NCBI GenBank assembly: GCA_002269645.1
Contig: NIVC01002054.1
Span: 62,001 to 126,000 of the forward strand
Length of the DNA: 64,000 bases
Direction of reading: 5' to 3'
Source: Macrostomum lignano
Taxonomy: Eukaryota
Made by a program: the position numbers and the translations under genes. Shown here one piece after another: positions 36,880-47,887 of this stretch. Below the pieces are notes generated by a model. The model saw only the letters and a program-made list of their open reading frames with translations. It had not been told where the DNA came from and did no database searches. Positions within the stretch are counted from its first letter, which is position 1, and every line of letters starts with the position of its first letter.

Positions 36880-38365
36880 ACCCTCTTACCCTAAATCTCA
36901 CCCTCATACCCTACATCCCACCCCTTTCACTCTAAATCTCATCCATCCCACCCTCTCACTCTAAATATCATCTATCCCACCCCTCTCACTCTAAATCTCA
37001 TCCATCCCACCCTCTCACTCTAAATCTCTTCCATCCCACCCTCTCACTCTAAATCTCTCCATCCCACCCCTCTCACTCTAAATCTCTCCATCCCACCCCT
37101 CTCACTCTAAATCTCATCAATCCCACCCCTCTCACTCTAAATCTCATCCATCCGACCCCTCTCACTCTAAATCTCATCCATCCCACCCCTCTCACTCTAA
37201 ATCTCATCCATCCCACCCTCTCACTCTAAATCTCATCCATCATACCCCTCTCACTCTAAATCTCATCCATCCCACCCCTCTCACTCTAAATCTCATCCAT
37301 CCCACCCCTTCTCACTCTAAATCTCATCCATCCCACCCCTCACACTCTAAATCTCTTCCATCCCACCCCTCTCACTCTAAATCTCATCCATCCCACCCCT
37401 CTCACTCTAAATCTCTCCATCCCACCCCTCTCACTCTAAATCTCATCAATCCCACCCCTCTCACTCTAAATCTCATCCATCCCACCCCTCTCACTCTAAA
37501 TCTCATCCATCCCACCCCTCTCACTCTAAATCTCATCCATCCCACCCTCTCACTCTAAATCTCATCCATCATACCCCTCTCACTCTAAATCTCACCCATC
37601 CCACCCCTCTCACTCTAAATCTCATCCATCCCACCCCTTCTTACTCTAAATCTCATCCATCATACCCCTCTCACTCTAAATCTCATCCATCCCAACCCTC
37701 TCACTCTAAATCTCATCCATCCGACCCCTCTCACTCTAAATCTCATCCATCCGACCCCTCTCACTCTAAATCTCATCCATCCCACCCCTCTCACTCTAAA
37801 TCTCATCCATCCGACCCCTCTCACTCTAAATCTCATCCATCCCACCCCTCTCACTCTAAATCTCATCCATCCCACCCTCTCACTCTAAATCTCACCCATC
37901 CCACCCCTCTCACTCTAAATCTCATCCATCCCACCCTCTCACTCTAAATCTCATCCATCCCACCCCTCTCTAAATCTCATCCATCCGACCCCTCTCACTC
38001 TAAATCTCATCCATCCGACCCCTCTCACTCTAAATCTCATCCATCCCACCCCTCTCACTCTAAATCTCTTCCATCCGACCCCTCTCACTCTAAATCTCAT
38101 CCATCCGACCCCTCTCACTCTAAATCTCACCCATCCCACCCCTCTCACTCTAAATCTCACCCATCCCACCCCTCTCACTCTAAATCTCACCCACCCACCC
38201 CTCTCACTCTAAATCTCTTCCATCCGACCCCTCTCACTCTAAATCTCATCCATCCCACCCCTCTCACTCTAAATCTCATCCATCCGACCCCTCTCACTCT
38301 AAATCTCTTCCATCCGACCCCTCTCACTCTAAATCTCATCCATCCCACCCTCTCACTCTAAATCT
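36880..38365. repeat. 30-bp minisatellite CACTCTAAATCTCATCCATCCCACCCCTCT (~49 copies by span)
   Basis: direct reading. Confidence 0.95.
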
Positions 38366-40070
38366 TATATCTCGGCCCAATTAGAGTAGTGGTTAGGCTT
38401 CCAACGAATTAACCTGTTTGAACTCATACAAATCGTTATCGATAATACTCGGCTTAACTTGATTTGGTTTGAGTATAACAAAAAAGTCTGGTCCGAATCA
38501 CGCAGAAAGGGGAGATTAGCTATCTAGAAAAAAATTACCATTCTTGGATATATTCGATTAATATTGTATGTTGATGCTGTGCACAACTGTTGTGGAGGCT
38601 GTGAGCTGCAGTAGCTATCTCGTAGAATACTCTAGTATAATTCACTCTAATATGTACTACTATACGCAGGTATAATGTGCAATTTTATACATCTACCACA
38701 GTTAATATTATATTTAGTTTTGATTGTTTTTTAGTTCACCTTTGAGCATTTATCTCCTAGTGTTAAATCGAATTCATTTTGTTTACGCATCGACATGTAG
38801 AGTCGATAGAAGTAGAACCCGTCACTTACAGATCTGCAGCCCAAAATTCAAAATTACAATCATTAACACTAGCCCGTACTCCCCTATTTCTCCCCGTGGA
38901 CAGCAACGTCACTAATTCAAATAAGCGGCAGAGATGCAATTATCAATGTAGCCTTAGGTTTGGTACTTTGAGCTTGACCCTTTTCAATAACCGCGTGCAG
39001 GGCTACGCATAGTTTTTTGTATCTTAAAAAACTTTCTTTTGCTTCAGGGCTTGTCAATAATGCTCTGCTTTTACCTCGCCTTTGATTCTCTCCTTTTTTC
39101 TTGTGCTCCATTATAATATACTTTAGTCACGGCAGTCAAGGTTGCGTGTGCAGGCTGCAGTGGGTGGCCACACGGGCGGGGGTGGAGTGAAAGTGAAGTG
39201 AAGTGTGAGGCTCTGCTGCTTCTGCTGCATAGGGTCTGGGAGAGATCGGAGAGAGAGAAAGTCTGGGATCAAACAGAGGACCATGAAAGAGTGAGAGTCG
39301 TGACGGAGTACAGCATATACGCGCACCCACAGATTGATCTATGATTAACTCCCACAGCGACTCCATGCTATGCTACTACTTCACGGTGGAACGGCTCAGC
39401 TGCTCCAACCTTTGCGTTCCTCCCTCACACAGTCCTGCCTCCTGTCTCCCGGTCTCTCCATCCCTCCCCTATTTTTCTTGCTGCTCGCAAAGCAGCTGCA
39501 GGCAGAGATAGATAGCTCCACCAGTCGGAGTGCCTGCAGTGAGCACGTGAGAGAGTGAAGTCGGGAGTCGGTCAGACAGGGAAGGCGGTGGCGGGAGTCG
39601 CCAGGCCGGGTTTTGGTTGGTGGCGGCGATCATCAGCTATTTTGTGTGACTGACTGACTGCGAGCCTGCAATGGGGGGGGGGTCCTCCAACCAACAAAGT
39701 CCGTTGGTTGAATCTGTTCGCGCTTGCTGAACACCCGCAAATCTAGGGGAGGGCACCGACCAACCAAAACTCTGACTCTCTTGGTCTCAATTCCCAACCC
39801 TTTGCAAGTCAAATCGGCAGGCAGTCGCAGCAGCCTTCACTCTCCGAGGCATCAAAACCCCCTCCCCAAAAACCGAACCATCCAAATTACGAAGCGGAGA
39901 GAGGCGAGAGGCTAGGTTTAGGTCGAGAGAAAAACCAATCCTAAAAGACGGAATAAAAGGCCACCAAAACCCAACCAGCCAGTCCCAGCGTTGGACCAAC
40001 CCCCCTTTTCACGACCGCCCACCCCACCTCCGCCGGACGCGCTCCCGCCATGCGCTCACACTTGCAGCAG

Positions 40071-40077
40071 TATATAG
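40071..40077 (+). promoter_or_regulatory. candidate TATA-like element upstream of the aerolysin-like gene
   Basis: TATATAG within a GC-rich 39.9-40.2 kb segment, about 310 nt before the ATG. Confidence 0.3.
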
Positions 40078-40384
40078 AGTAAATCCGCTAGCATCAAGGC
40101 CCTAAACACCCTCCGCGACCGCCAGCCACCGCCGCCACCCGCTAACCCCACATACGCATTCCCCAACCGCCTAAAAAACCTCAGCTCAAGATAAGGGCGC
40201 GTCTAGCGGTGACCATCTGACTGGTCTATGAAAACTAAGCTTATCCTTATCGTTATTTGGAAATCTAATTATCTATCTGATAATCAAAGGCGACGTTAAT
40301 TTAAATTATCTCCATTCTTTCTCTTTGATTTTACCGACAAAACGCAATCACTGCATTGAGAATAAAAGGCCGACCAATCAAATA

Positions 40385-41708
40385 ATGACTCGAAGCAAAG
40401 TAATAGACTTGGCCGAGGTGATCGAAGACTGGGCCAAAGATTTCTATCAAAAGTTTAATCAGCGCGATTTGGAAAAATCTTACGGAATGAAGTTGCCATT
40501 TCAAGAGCTGCGCATGGTTATAGATACAAATAATTTCTGCGTGAATAATGACGAAGCAGAGTATTCAGTAAGTAGATAATTTTGTATTCACCCAGTTTGA
40601 TAATATAATCTACTTTAGCGTGTTGTCTCGGGACTTGGCGGTACATTATCGATTTTACTATCTACAGTGTAGTAGAGAACGGTACAATTTGACCATATTT
40701 CCACTAACCTAATTCTCTATCTCAACTTTTAATGAGAATAAGCAACTCACTAACAATGCCATTGGTGATTCCCCTCATCGGCTGGTCAAATTAGATGGCC
40801 TTAAGCGTCCCTAGGGTTGGTCTGGCGACTGGCACCCCATGGTTAGTATGGTTACTGGTCAGTGGCCCCGGGGTTCTCGTCTCAACTGCGAGTGATACAA
40901 TTTGCGTCACACACGGCCCTAGCTTAGGCTGGCGAGGAGATAGTGAAGAGTTACGGCTAGAGTTTGGATTAAAGTTGCCACTCTCAGTTCCCTTCCCAGT
41001 CCTCATTCAACATGCTTTGGGTGTACATATGATATGAAAAGACATTTGTCTCCATTGTCCCACTGTGCTCACAATATCCAGACGGTCAACCCTGGGACCG
41101 GCCAGTGGCAGCGCAACCACGTGCTGTTCAAGACCAGCTACAGCAACACCACCGCCAATCCGATGCAGTACGCTTTGAGCACACAGCGCAGCACCCGGTC
41201 AGTGTGCTCAGTCAGTCTCTCAAAAGGCTTCGTATTTGAAGGCCAAAGTGGACTAAAAGTGAGCTTGCCAAACAACCTGCTCGAGCTGAGCGCTAGCATG
41301 TCCCGCCAGTTGAGCATGGAAGGACGGCGCGAGAAATCAGTGGAACAGGAGCTAGCCTGGACTGTGGACACGACGGTCAGCGTACCGCCAGGCAAAACTG
41401 TCACAGTTCGCCTAGTGATCAAGGAGCGCCAGTTCACTGGCACGTTTCGAGTGGCAACACGTTTCCGCGGCTCCCTAGCCGTTAAACTGTTTCGCGGTGA
41501 CTCGAAATTATGCGTACTGAGAGCCAACGAATTGCGCGACGTGTTCAAAGAGAACCTCGGCTTCCAATGGCAGCCAGAGGAAGCTTGTCTGCTGTTCATT
41601 AGCGAGGGCCAATGCCACACAGCCTGCGGTGTGGAGCAGTTCATTCAAATTGACGAGACGGACTTTGAAGCAACAGATTCCGAGGAACAGCAGCAGCTAG
41701 CTAGCTAA
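40385..41708 (+). CDS. Aerolysin-like beta-pore-forming protein (ETX/MTX2 family), 269 aa, 2 exons (40385-40567, 41082-41708)
   Basis: VLFKTSYSNTT, an S/T-alternating beta-hairpin (TQRSTRSVCSVSLSKGF...LKVSLP...ELSASMSRQLSME), WTVDTTVSVPP, LVIKERQFTGTF and EGQC...GVEQ fit the family. Phase-0 intron TCA|GTAAGT...ATCCAG|ACG. Confidence 0.85.
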
Positions 41709-42909
41709 CACAGTAGTATAAACGATTATATTAACAGCATAGCATGGTTTAGCGCCACAGTTTATTACAGACAGACCATGACTGGAAAATAAGCAGTAAG
41801 CCTATCAGTGATAGGCTTGTGTCAGAAAGAGGTCCACCAATAAGCGACGACTTCGGATTGATTGGTTAAATTAGCCAATCAGCGCTTGGCATTGGGGTAG
41901 GCATAACTACGACTGCATTAGCCAATCAGCGGTTGGGGAGGCCACACGGCCAATAAAAACACTTGATAGTGGTAGGTTAGATTTACTGTATGATAGCTGG
42001 TATGATATCTGATATCGTAACTTTTACTTTCCACTAATAATTGATAGTCTTTACATCATCAATCAAAAGTTGACTATTTTTTTAACACCGCAACCACGGA
42101 AGTCTGTTTTGATAACTAACAAATAAACAACTATTCAAATGTGAAAAGCTTGGCTGTAGGAATTATAGAAATATAATAAAAAACACATCAAAGCGTACAC
42201 ACCCAAAGTGCACGGAATGTATCATACGTTTTTGGCTTGGTTTTTATTGGAGGAAAATTCTACAAATTATTGATATTAATAAAAGCGATCAAGTATAAAC
42301 ACAGAAAATGTGTTATTATATCCACGAAGACAAAACAAATAGTAGCTATACATAAAATGCAACCTTAAAAGTCTATGTGATCTTAAACATGAGAACCCGG
42401 ACTACGAAAATCTTCAGCATGCGATGTCAGACTATGATATGTTAACCTCAGAAACCAGACTATGAAATATTAAACACAAGAAGTCATCCCACCCCAACCA
42501 AAAGATATACTCAGCTCAACATTGAAAAGTCGCCACCTGGCCAACCATCTATATTTTGATGAAAAAATGCTTGAAAAAACAATGAAAACCGGGCGGAAGC
42601 TTCAATCTATCCAATCTTCGCCCTCCGCTCTTCCCAATCCCTCCTCACCCAGCTCAACTCCGCGTCACGTGACACGTGGCGCAAGTTGGGTCACTCAAAA
42701 CTCAATAAATACTGAGCTAGAATTTACTGCGCACTCTCTCAAAGGTGGCGACATTTTAATGTTGTTGAGTATATTTAAACACTGGGATCTCAAATAAATG
42801 TAATTTCGTTATAGAGACAAACTACTTACTATAACTACAGGACTATAAAATACAAAATGCTATTAGACTTATTAAATCAGTAAAATAATGGCTAATTGAA
42901 TGATTGATC

Positions 42910-45900
42910 TCATCTGGCCGCCATCCTGATGCGGTACAGATGACAGTCGGAACTGCCAGCTGTGCAAGCAGCAATGCTCAGGGTGCCGTGAGCAGTAGAG
43001 GCTGATTCATCGACATCATCAGGCGTCAGCTCGATTCGCAATAGGCTGATAGGTTGGGCACTATCGGTTACTGTTAAGGTGACGATAACTGACTCGTTGC
43101 CTAGCAACAGAGCAGCGCCAATGTCCGATACGGAGGTAGGCGGTGACTTTGACCCCGCAGTGTAGGTGGCCTGCCGAAGAAATTCGAAGATGGAAAACCT
43201 ATAGCTAATATAATTTTTCGATTTATATTTGTATAGATAGATTCTGGGTCTCTGTAGTTACTGGGATCAATCTAACCCAATATGGGATTGGGGTGTCGCA
43301 CTAGAGAAGAGAACTGAACATGCGATGTCTGAGTCTGACTGAACAGGAGATCCGGATCGTGGGATCTCAGACTAATAGATCCGAGCCATGAGATCTCACA
43401 ATAGAAATCCCAAACGTGAGATCTGAGACTATAATATCTCACGTGAGATACCAGACTAGAGATCCCGACCGTGAGCTGTTAGACTAAGAGATCTCAACCA
43501 TGAGATCTCAGACTATGAGATCCCAACCATGAGACCTCAGACTATGAGATCCCAACCGTGAGATCTCAGACTAAGATATCCCAACCGTGAGCCCTCAGAC
43601 TAAGAGATCCCAACCGTGAGCCCTCAGACTAAGAGATCCCAACCGTGAGCCCTCAGACAGACGTATACACTCCTCAAGCAATGTACAAAGTAAAAAAACC
43701 GAAAAAATCCCTCACCTGTCGAACAGAGTAAACTCGAATCCTTGACGTAGAAAATCCCATAGCAACCAGGCTGCAACAGCCGCAATTGCCATCGTAGGCG
43801 GCCACAGCGGTGCAAAACTCTCCAGGAGACAGGTGAGAAACTGGCAGCTCCCTACAAGAAATGTCCCCATTAGTGTCCGTGGACAGGTCGATAGCCAATA
43901 CGGCAGGTCGTCTCCAATCCGTTACTAAAAGTAAGCAGAACGGCGAAGCCAAACAGCCGGACAATAGGCGAATTTTCGGCCACCGAGCTCGGGTTTCAGC
44001 CAAAGCGGCGCCAAATCGAGGCGTAAGGCGCGCTGGAGCGGTCAGCTGTCGATGAGTCGGTAGGCGCCAGACTCGGTTCTGCAGATCCTGCGTGATGAGG
44101 ACGATAAGCTGTGAGGAGCCGCTGGTTACTAGGCGCCATTGCAGAGCATCCGAGTCTATCTGGCAGGTGCTGGGAAGGCTGACACCTTCAATTAGAGTGT
44201 GCCAGGCCACCTGCGGGTGGTTTATTATGGAATTATAATTGCATATATAACTAAAAGGCGGATGGAGAAACAGGGACCGCTCAAACAGTCACAGGTGCGG
44301 AACAGAAAGTCACAGGTACATAAAAGACAGTCACAGGTGCAGAACAGACAGTCACAGGTGCAGAACAGACAGTCACAGGTGCTGCACAGACAGGTGTAAA
44401 ACAGACCTCAAGATCAACAACCGCAGTCCCTGGCCAATCAGCATTATCGCCGCCATCTCTGTACACCAGCCGGTAGCAGTAGAGCCTTTCAGCCGAGCAG
44501 GCGACCAGTCGTTGCCAATCAACGAGATCCCAAGCCCGGGCCACGTAGCCCAGACTCCTTGACAGCTCCATCTTGGCTTGGAAATTGTTCAACCGAACTC
44601 GAATCAGATCTAATCGACTCTCAGTTAGCGAGGCCTCCAGCACAGCCACGAGAAACTGTCGACCCTCTGCCGGCAGTCGAATTGCCCTCGTGCCCGTGGC
44701 CAATTTAGTCCGACACCCGGGCGAAAAGGCGGCAACATCAAAGAGCTCAACTGGCGAGTCAGCAGCGCAAGGATCCGAAGCCGCGCCTGCGAACAATCGG
44801 CCTCGATAATCGGCTAAACAGGCGGCCAGCACAACCTGATACCTGCCGAACAATTCCAGTCCCGTGATTGGCCGATTAACGCCAGGTATGGCTACTAGAT
44901 CGTGCACGTAGCTAGTTGTCGCCATGGCAACCGGGTGGCAACGTTGAGCTAAACGGTGACTGCGTAGCATTAATCTGGCCAAGGAAGACGATGGTTCGAG
45001 AGTAGACTCTGGTGCAGCCTCACGACAATCGATTTGATGCAGACACTGAGGCCTTGGTAACGTTGCCTTGGCAACCGAAGGCCACCACAGCTCACTCTGA
45101 CTAGCAATAGTAAAATCTATTAGATGGCACCAGTCGGTAGATACTAAACGAAGACGCTGCAACTCCTGAGGCTGAGGGCGCGGCAGCTGATGACAAAAGC
45201 TGAATAGTACATGACTGAAGATTCGATGCCAAACTTCTGGCGGCAGTTGCAACGTTGCGGCTTGATTAGAGACAGCCTATGAAGAATCGGTATGCACATG
45301 CATTGCTAGTTAAATACGTCCTACTATTCCAAGACTTCTACCAACTTAAGCGGCAGTACTTCAAACTGATTATTAGCTGCTTCCCTTAACTTTTAATGGG
45401 TTCCTCAACCCATTAAATTGAAACTGATTGGCTGGTTCCTCTACCTATTAAATTGAAGCTGATTGGCTGGTTCCTCAACCTATTAAATTGAAGCTGATTG
45501 GCTGGTTCCTCAACCTATTAAATTGAAGCTGATTGGCTGGTTCCTCAACCTATTAAATTGAAGCTGATTGGCTGGTTCCTCAACCTATTAAATTGAAGCT
45601 GATTGGCTGGTTCCTCAACCCGTTAAATTGAAGGTGATTGGCCGGCTCCTCAACTCATTAAATTGAAGCTGATTGACTGGTTCCTCAACCTATTAATTTG
45701 AAGCTGATTGGCTGGTTCTTCAACCCATTAAATTGAAGCTGATTTGCTGGTTTCTGAACTCATTAAATTGAAGCTGATTGACTGGTTCCTCAACCTATTA
45801 ATTTGAAGCTGATTGGCTGGTTCTTCAACCAATAAATTGAAAGCTAATTGCCGGTGTACATTTAGATACAGCAATTCTTACCTTGCAATCCACCTGCTGC

Positions 45901-45986
45901 ACATCAGGCGAATCAATAGCTACATCATTAAGCGAGTTCTGCAATTGAAAGTTCAACGGAGCAAGCCGACTTTTCTTGCCTGACAT
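42910..45986 (-). CDS. F-box protein with a divergent beta-rich (propeller-like) C-terminus, ~576 aa, 4 exons (45986-45882, 45276-44407, 44210-43716, 43170-42910)
   Basis: LQLPPEVWHRIFSHV...LQRLRLVSTDWCHLI is an F-box pattern; three phase-0 GT-AG introns; 1731 nt. Confidence 0.8.
43480..43660. repeat. 29-bp minisatellite in an F-box intron
   Basis: CTCAGACTAAGAGATCCCAACCGTGAGCC. Confidence 0.85.
44285..44395. repeat. 21-bp minisatellite in an F-box intron
   Basis: CAGTCACAGGTGCAGAACAGA. Confidence 0.85.
45405..45850. repeat. 35-bp minisatellite with one inverted CCAAT per unit
   Basis: TTAAATTGAAGCTGATTGGCTGGTTCCTCAACCTA. Confidence 0.95.
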
Positions 45987-47887
45987 TCTGTTGTCAAATA
46001 GCTAAGCTGAAATGAAAGACGTGGGGTAAAAAAAGATTCTACGATGCGTCTATTCATACTTCTAAAAGTAGAAAAGCATGCGTTTTTAGTAAATAAAACA
46101 TCAAAGTCAGCGAGACTTCCGATTAACAATAATCACAAGCTATTGATATATAATTTCAATTTTTCTTGAATTACTTTTTAGTTTTCTACGTTAGCGAGTA
46201 GATTATATCGCGAATATTAACTATTTTTTGATGTAAAAGAGACGAGAAAGACTGCTAAGTAGCAACGCTGAAATTGGGCAGAACAATAAATAGTCATACT
46301 CAAATCTATATTTGATGTTTTGCAAGCGCCAGTGTATTGTCTGTCAGAATCTATTCGTGAAAACAAGATTGTAAGCGGCTACATATAGTGCAATAAAAGC
46401 TTTGCGATAAAACATTTTTATAAAAATATAATTTTGTTATAATGTAAAAATTGAAGCCCACATCAAATTATTTAATTGGTTTATCAACGCAGTGTAACAC
46501 GCAGTTTTTATTAAATTATAGAATAAAAGCTGACAAAAAATAACAAATAAAGCAAACGAGACTATACTTTCAGCATTAATGCATTTGTAGATTTGTTATA
46601 TATAATTATTAGACAGCATACGTGGCAAGCAGGGTATATTTCTAACGATTATTCTCTTCTAAGGCGAGTTTAAAGGCGAGCTCAAAGAATGATAACGGTT
46701 ATTTTTTAATAATGCTTATCACTAGCGTATCGCATAATAAAATATGTATACTTGTTAATTAAGAAAATAAAACTGCGCGATCCATTAGATTATTTTCCAG
46801 CTGCGACTATTTTTAGAAACAAAAAATCGATTTTTGACGGGATTCCCAAACTTTTTCTCTCTGAATTGTAGGTCAGGCATGGGCGAGCCACGGCATAGCC
46901 AAATAGAATCATGCGGCCACCTCGTGGGCTTTCTAGAAATTTCACTACAGCCTATGTACACTGAAAGAGACTTTCGTCATTAACCCCTGCCCCCCCTTAT
47001 CTTATCTCCTCTTATTGGCTGAAAAAATCGCACGTAGCATATGCAACAACCAATATTACTACTATCATCAGTAATATGATAATAAGTCTGTGCTGGCGTG
47101 TTGTCATTTGACGAAACAGCTGCCACGTGACTTGTGCTCAGAGTTAATCATAATTATCATTGTCACCTTGTCTCAGCAATATTCAGAAAATTATATACAG
47201 TAAATTCTGTCGCGAAAAAAGGCAAATAAGCTTATAAAATTACTCAGTAGCAGCAGTAGTAGTATGTTGTGCAATTTTTCATAATTAATAAATATAATAC
47301 ACGGGAAAAGCAGGCTGAGAGACGTTCATACAAAAATCTGGTAAAACGTGTGTTGCGGGAAAGCCAGAAGCAATAAGGACACTAGTAAACATAATTCGAA
47401 TATTTAATTATTCCACATACAATTTACTTGTACAAAATATTTTTCAATCTAATTTGAACAGACAGAGTTTGGCCCACTTCGTCTAGCAAGTTCCCCCTCC
47501 CCTTGCAAACACCTTGATTAATTAGCACCAACATCAAGCATTTAGGCGATAATGATGAAAAATCGTATAAAAAATCAGCGCACAAAAGGATCAAATGAAT
47601 TCGCTAGCTTTTTAATGTGTAGTGACAAGCCATTTCAAGTTCCTCGGGTTTGCAGCTATAAACAATCATGGGGTAGAGATAGAACGAATTAATATTTCGA
47701 CTTATATACTACTGTTAAGAGTATTGTTAAGAGTGATTACTGTTAAGAGTAATCACTAATCAGTCTAGCTCATAAAAAGTCAACAAAGTGACCATGAAAA
47801 TAAAGTAGTTGTAGGGTTTGCTGTTCCCAAAAATAGGCCTCTTCGATTTTTCCTTTCAAAACAGCCGAGATGTAGACAAAAGTGACA

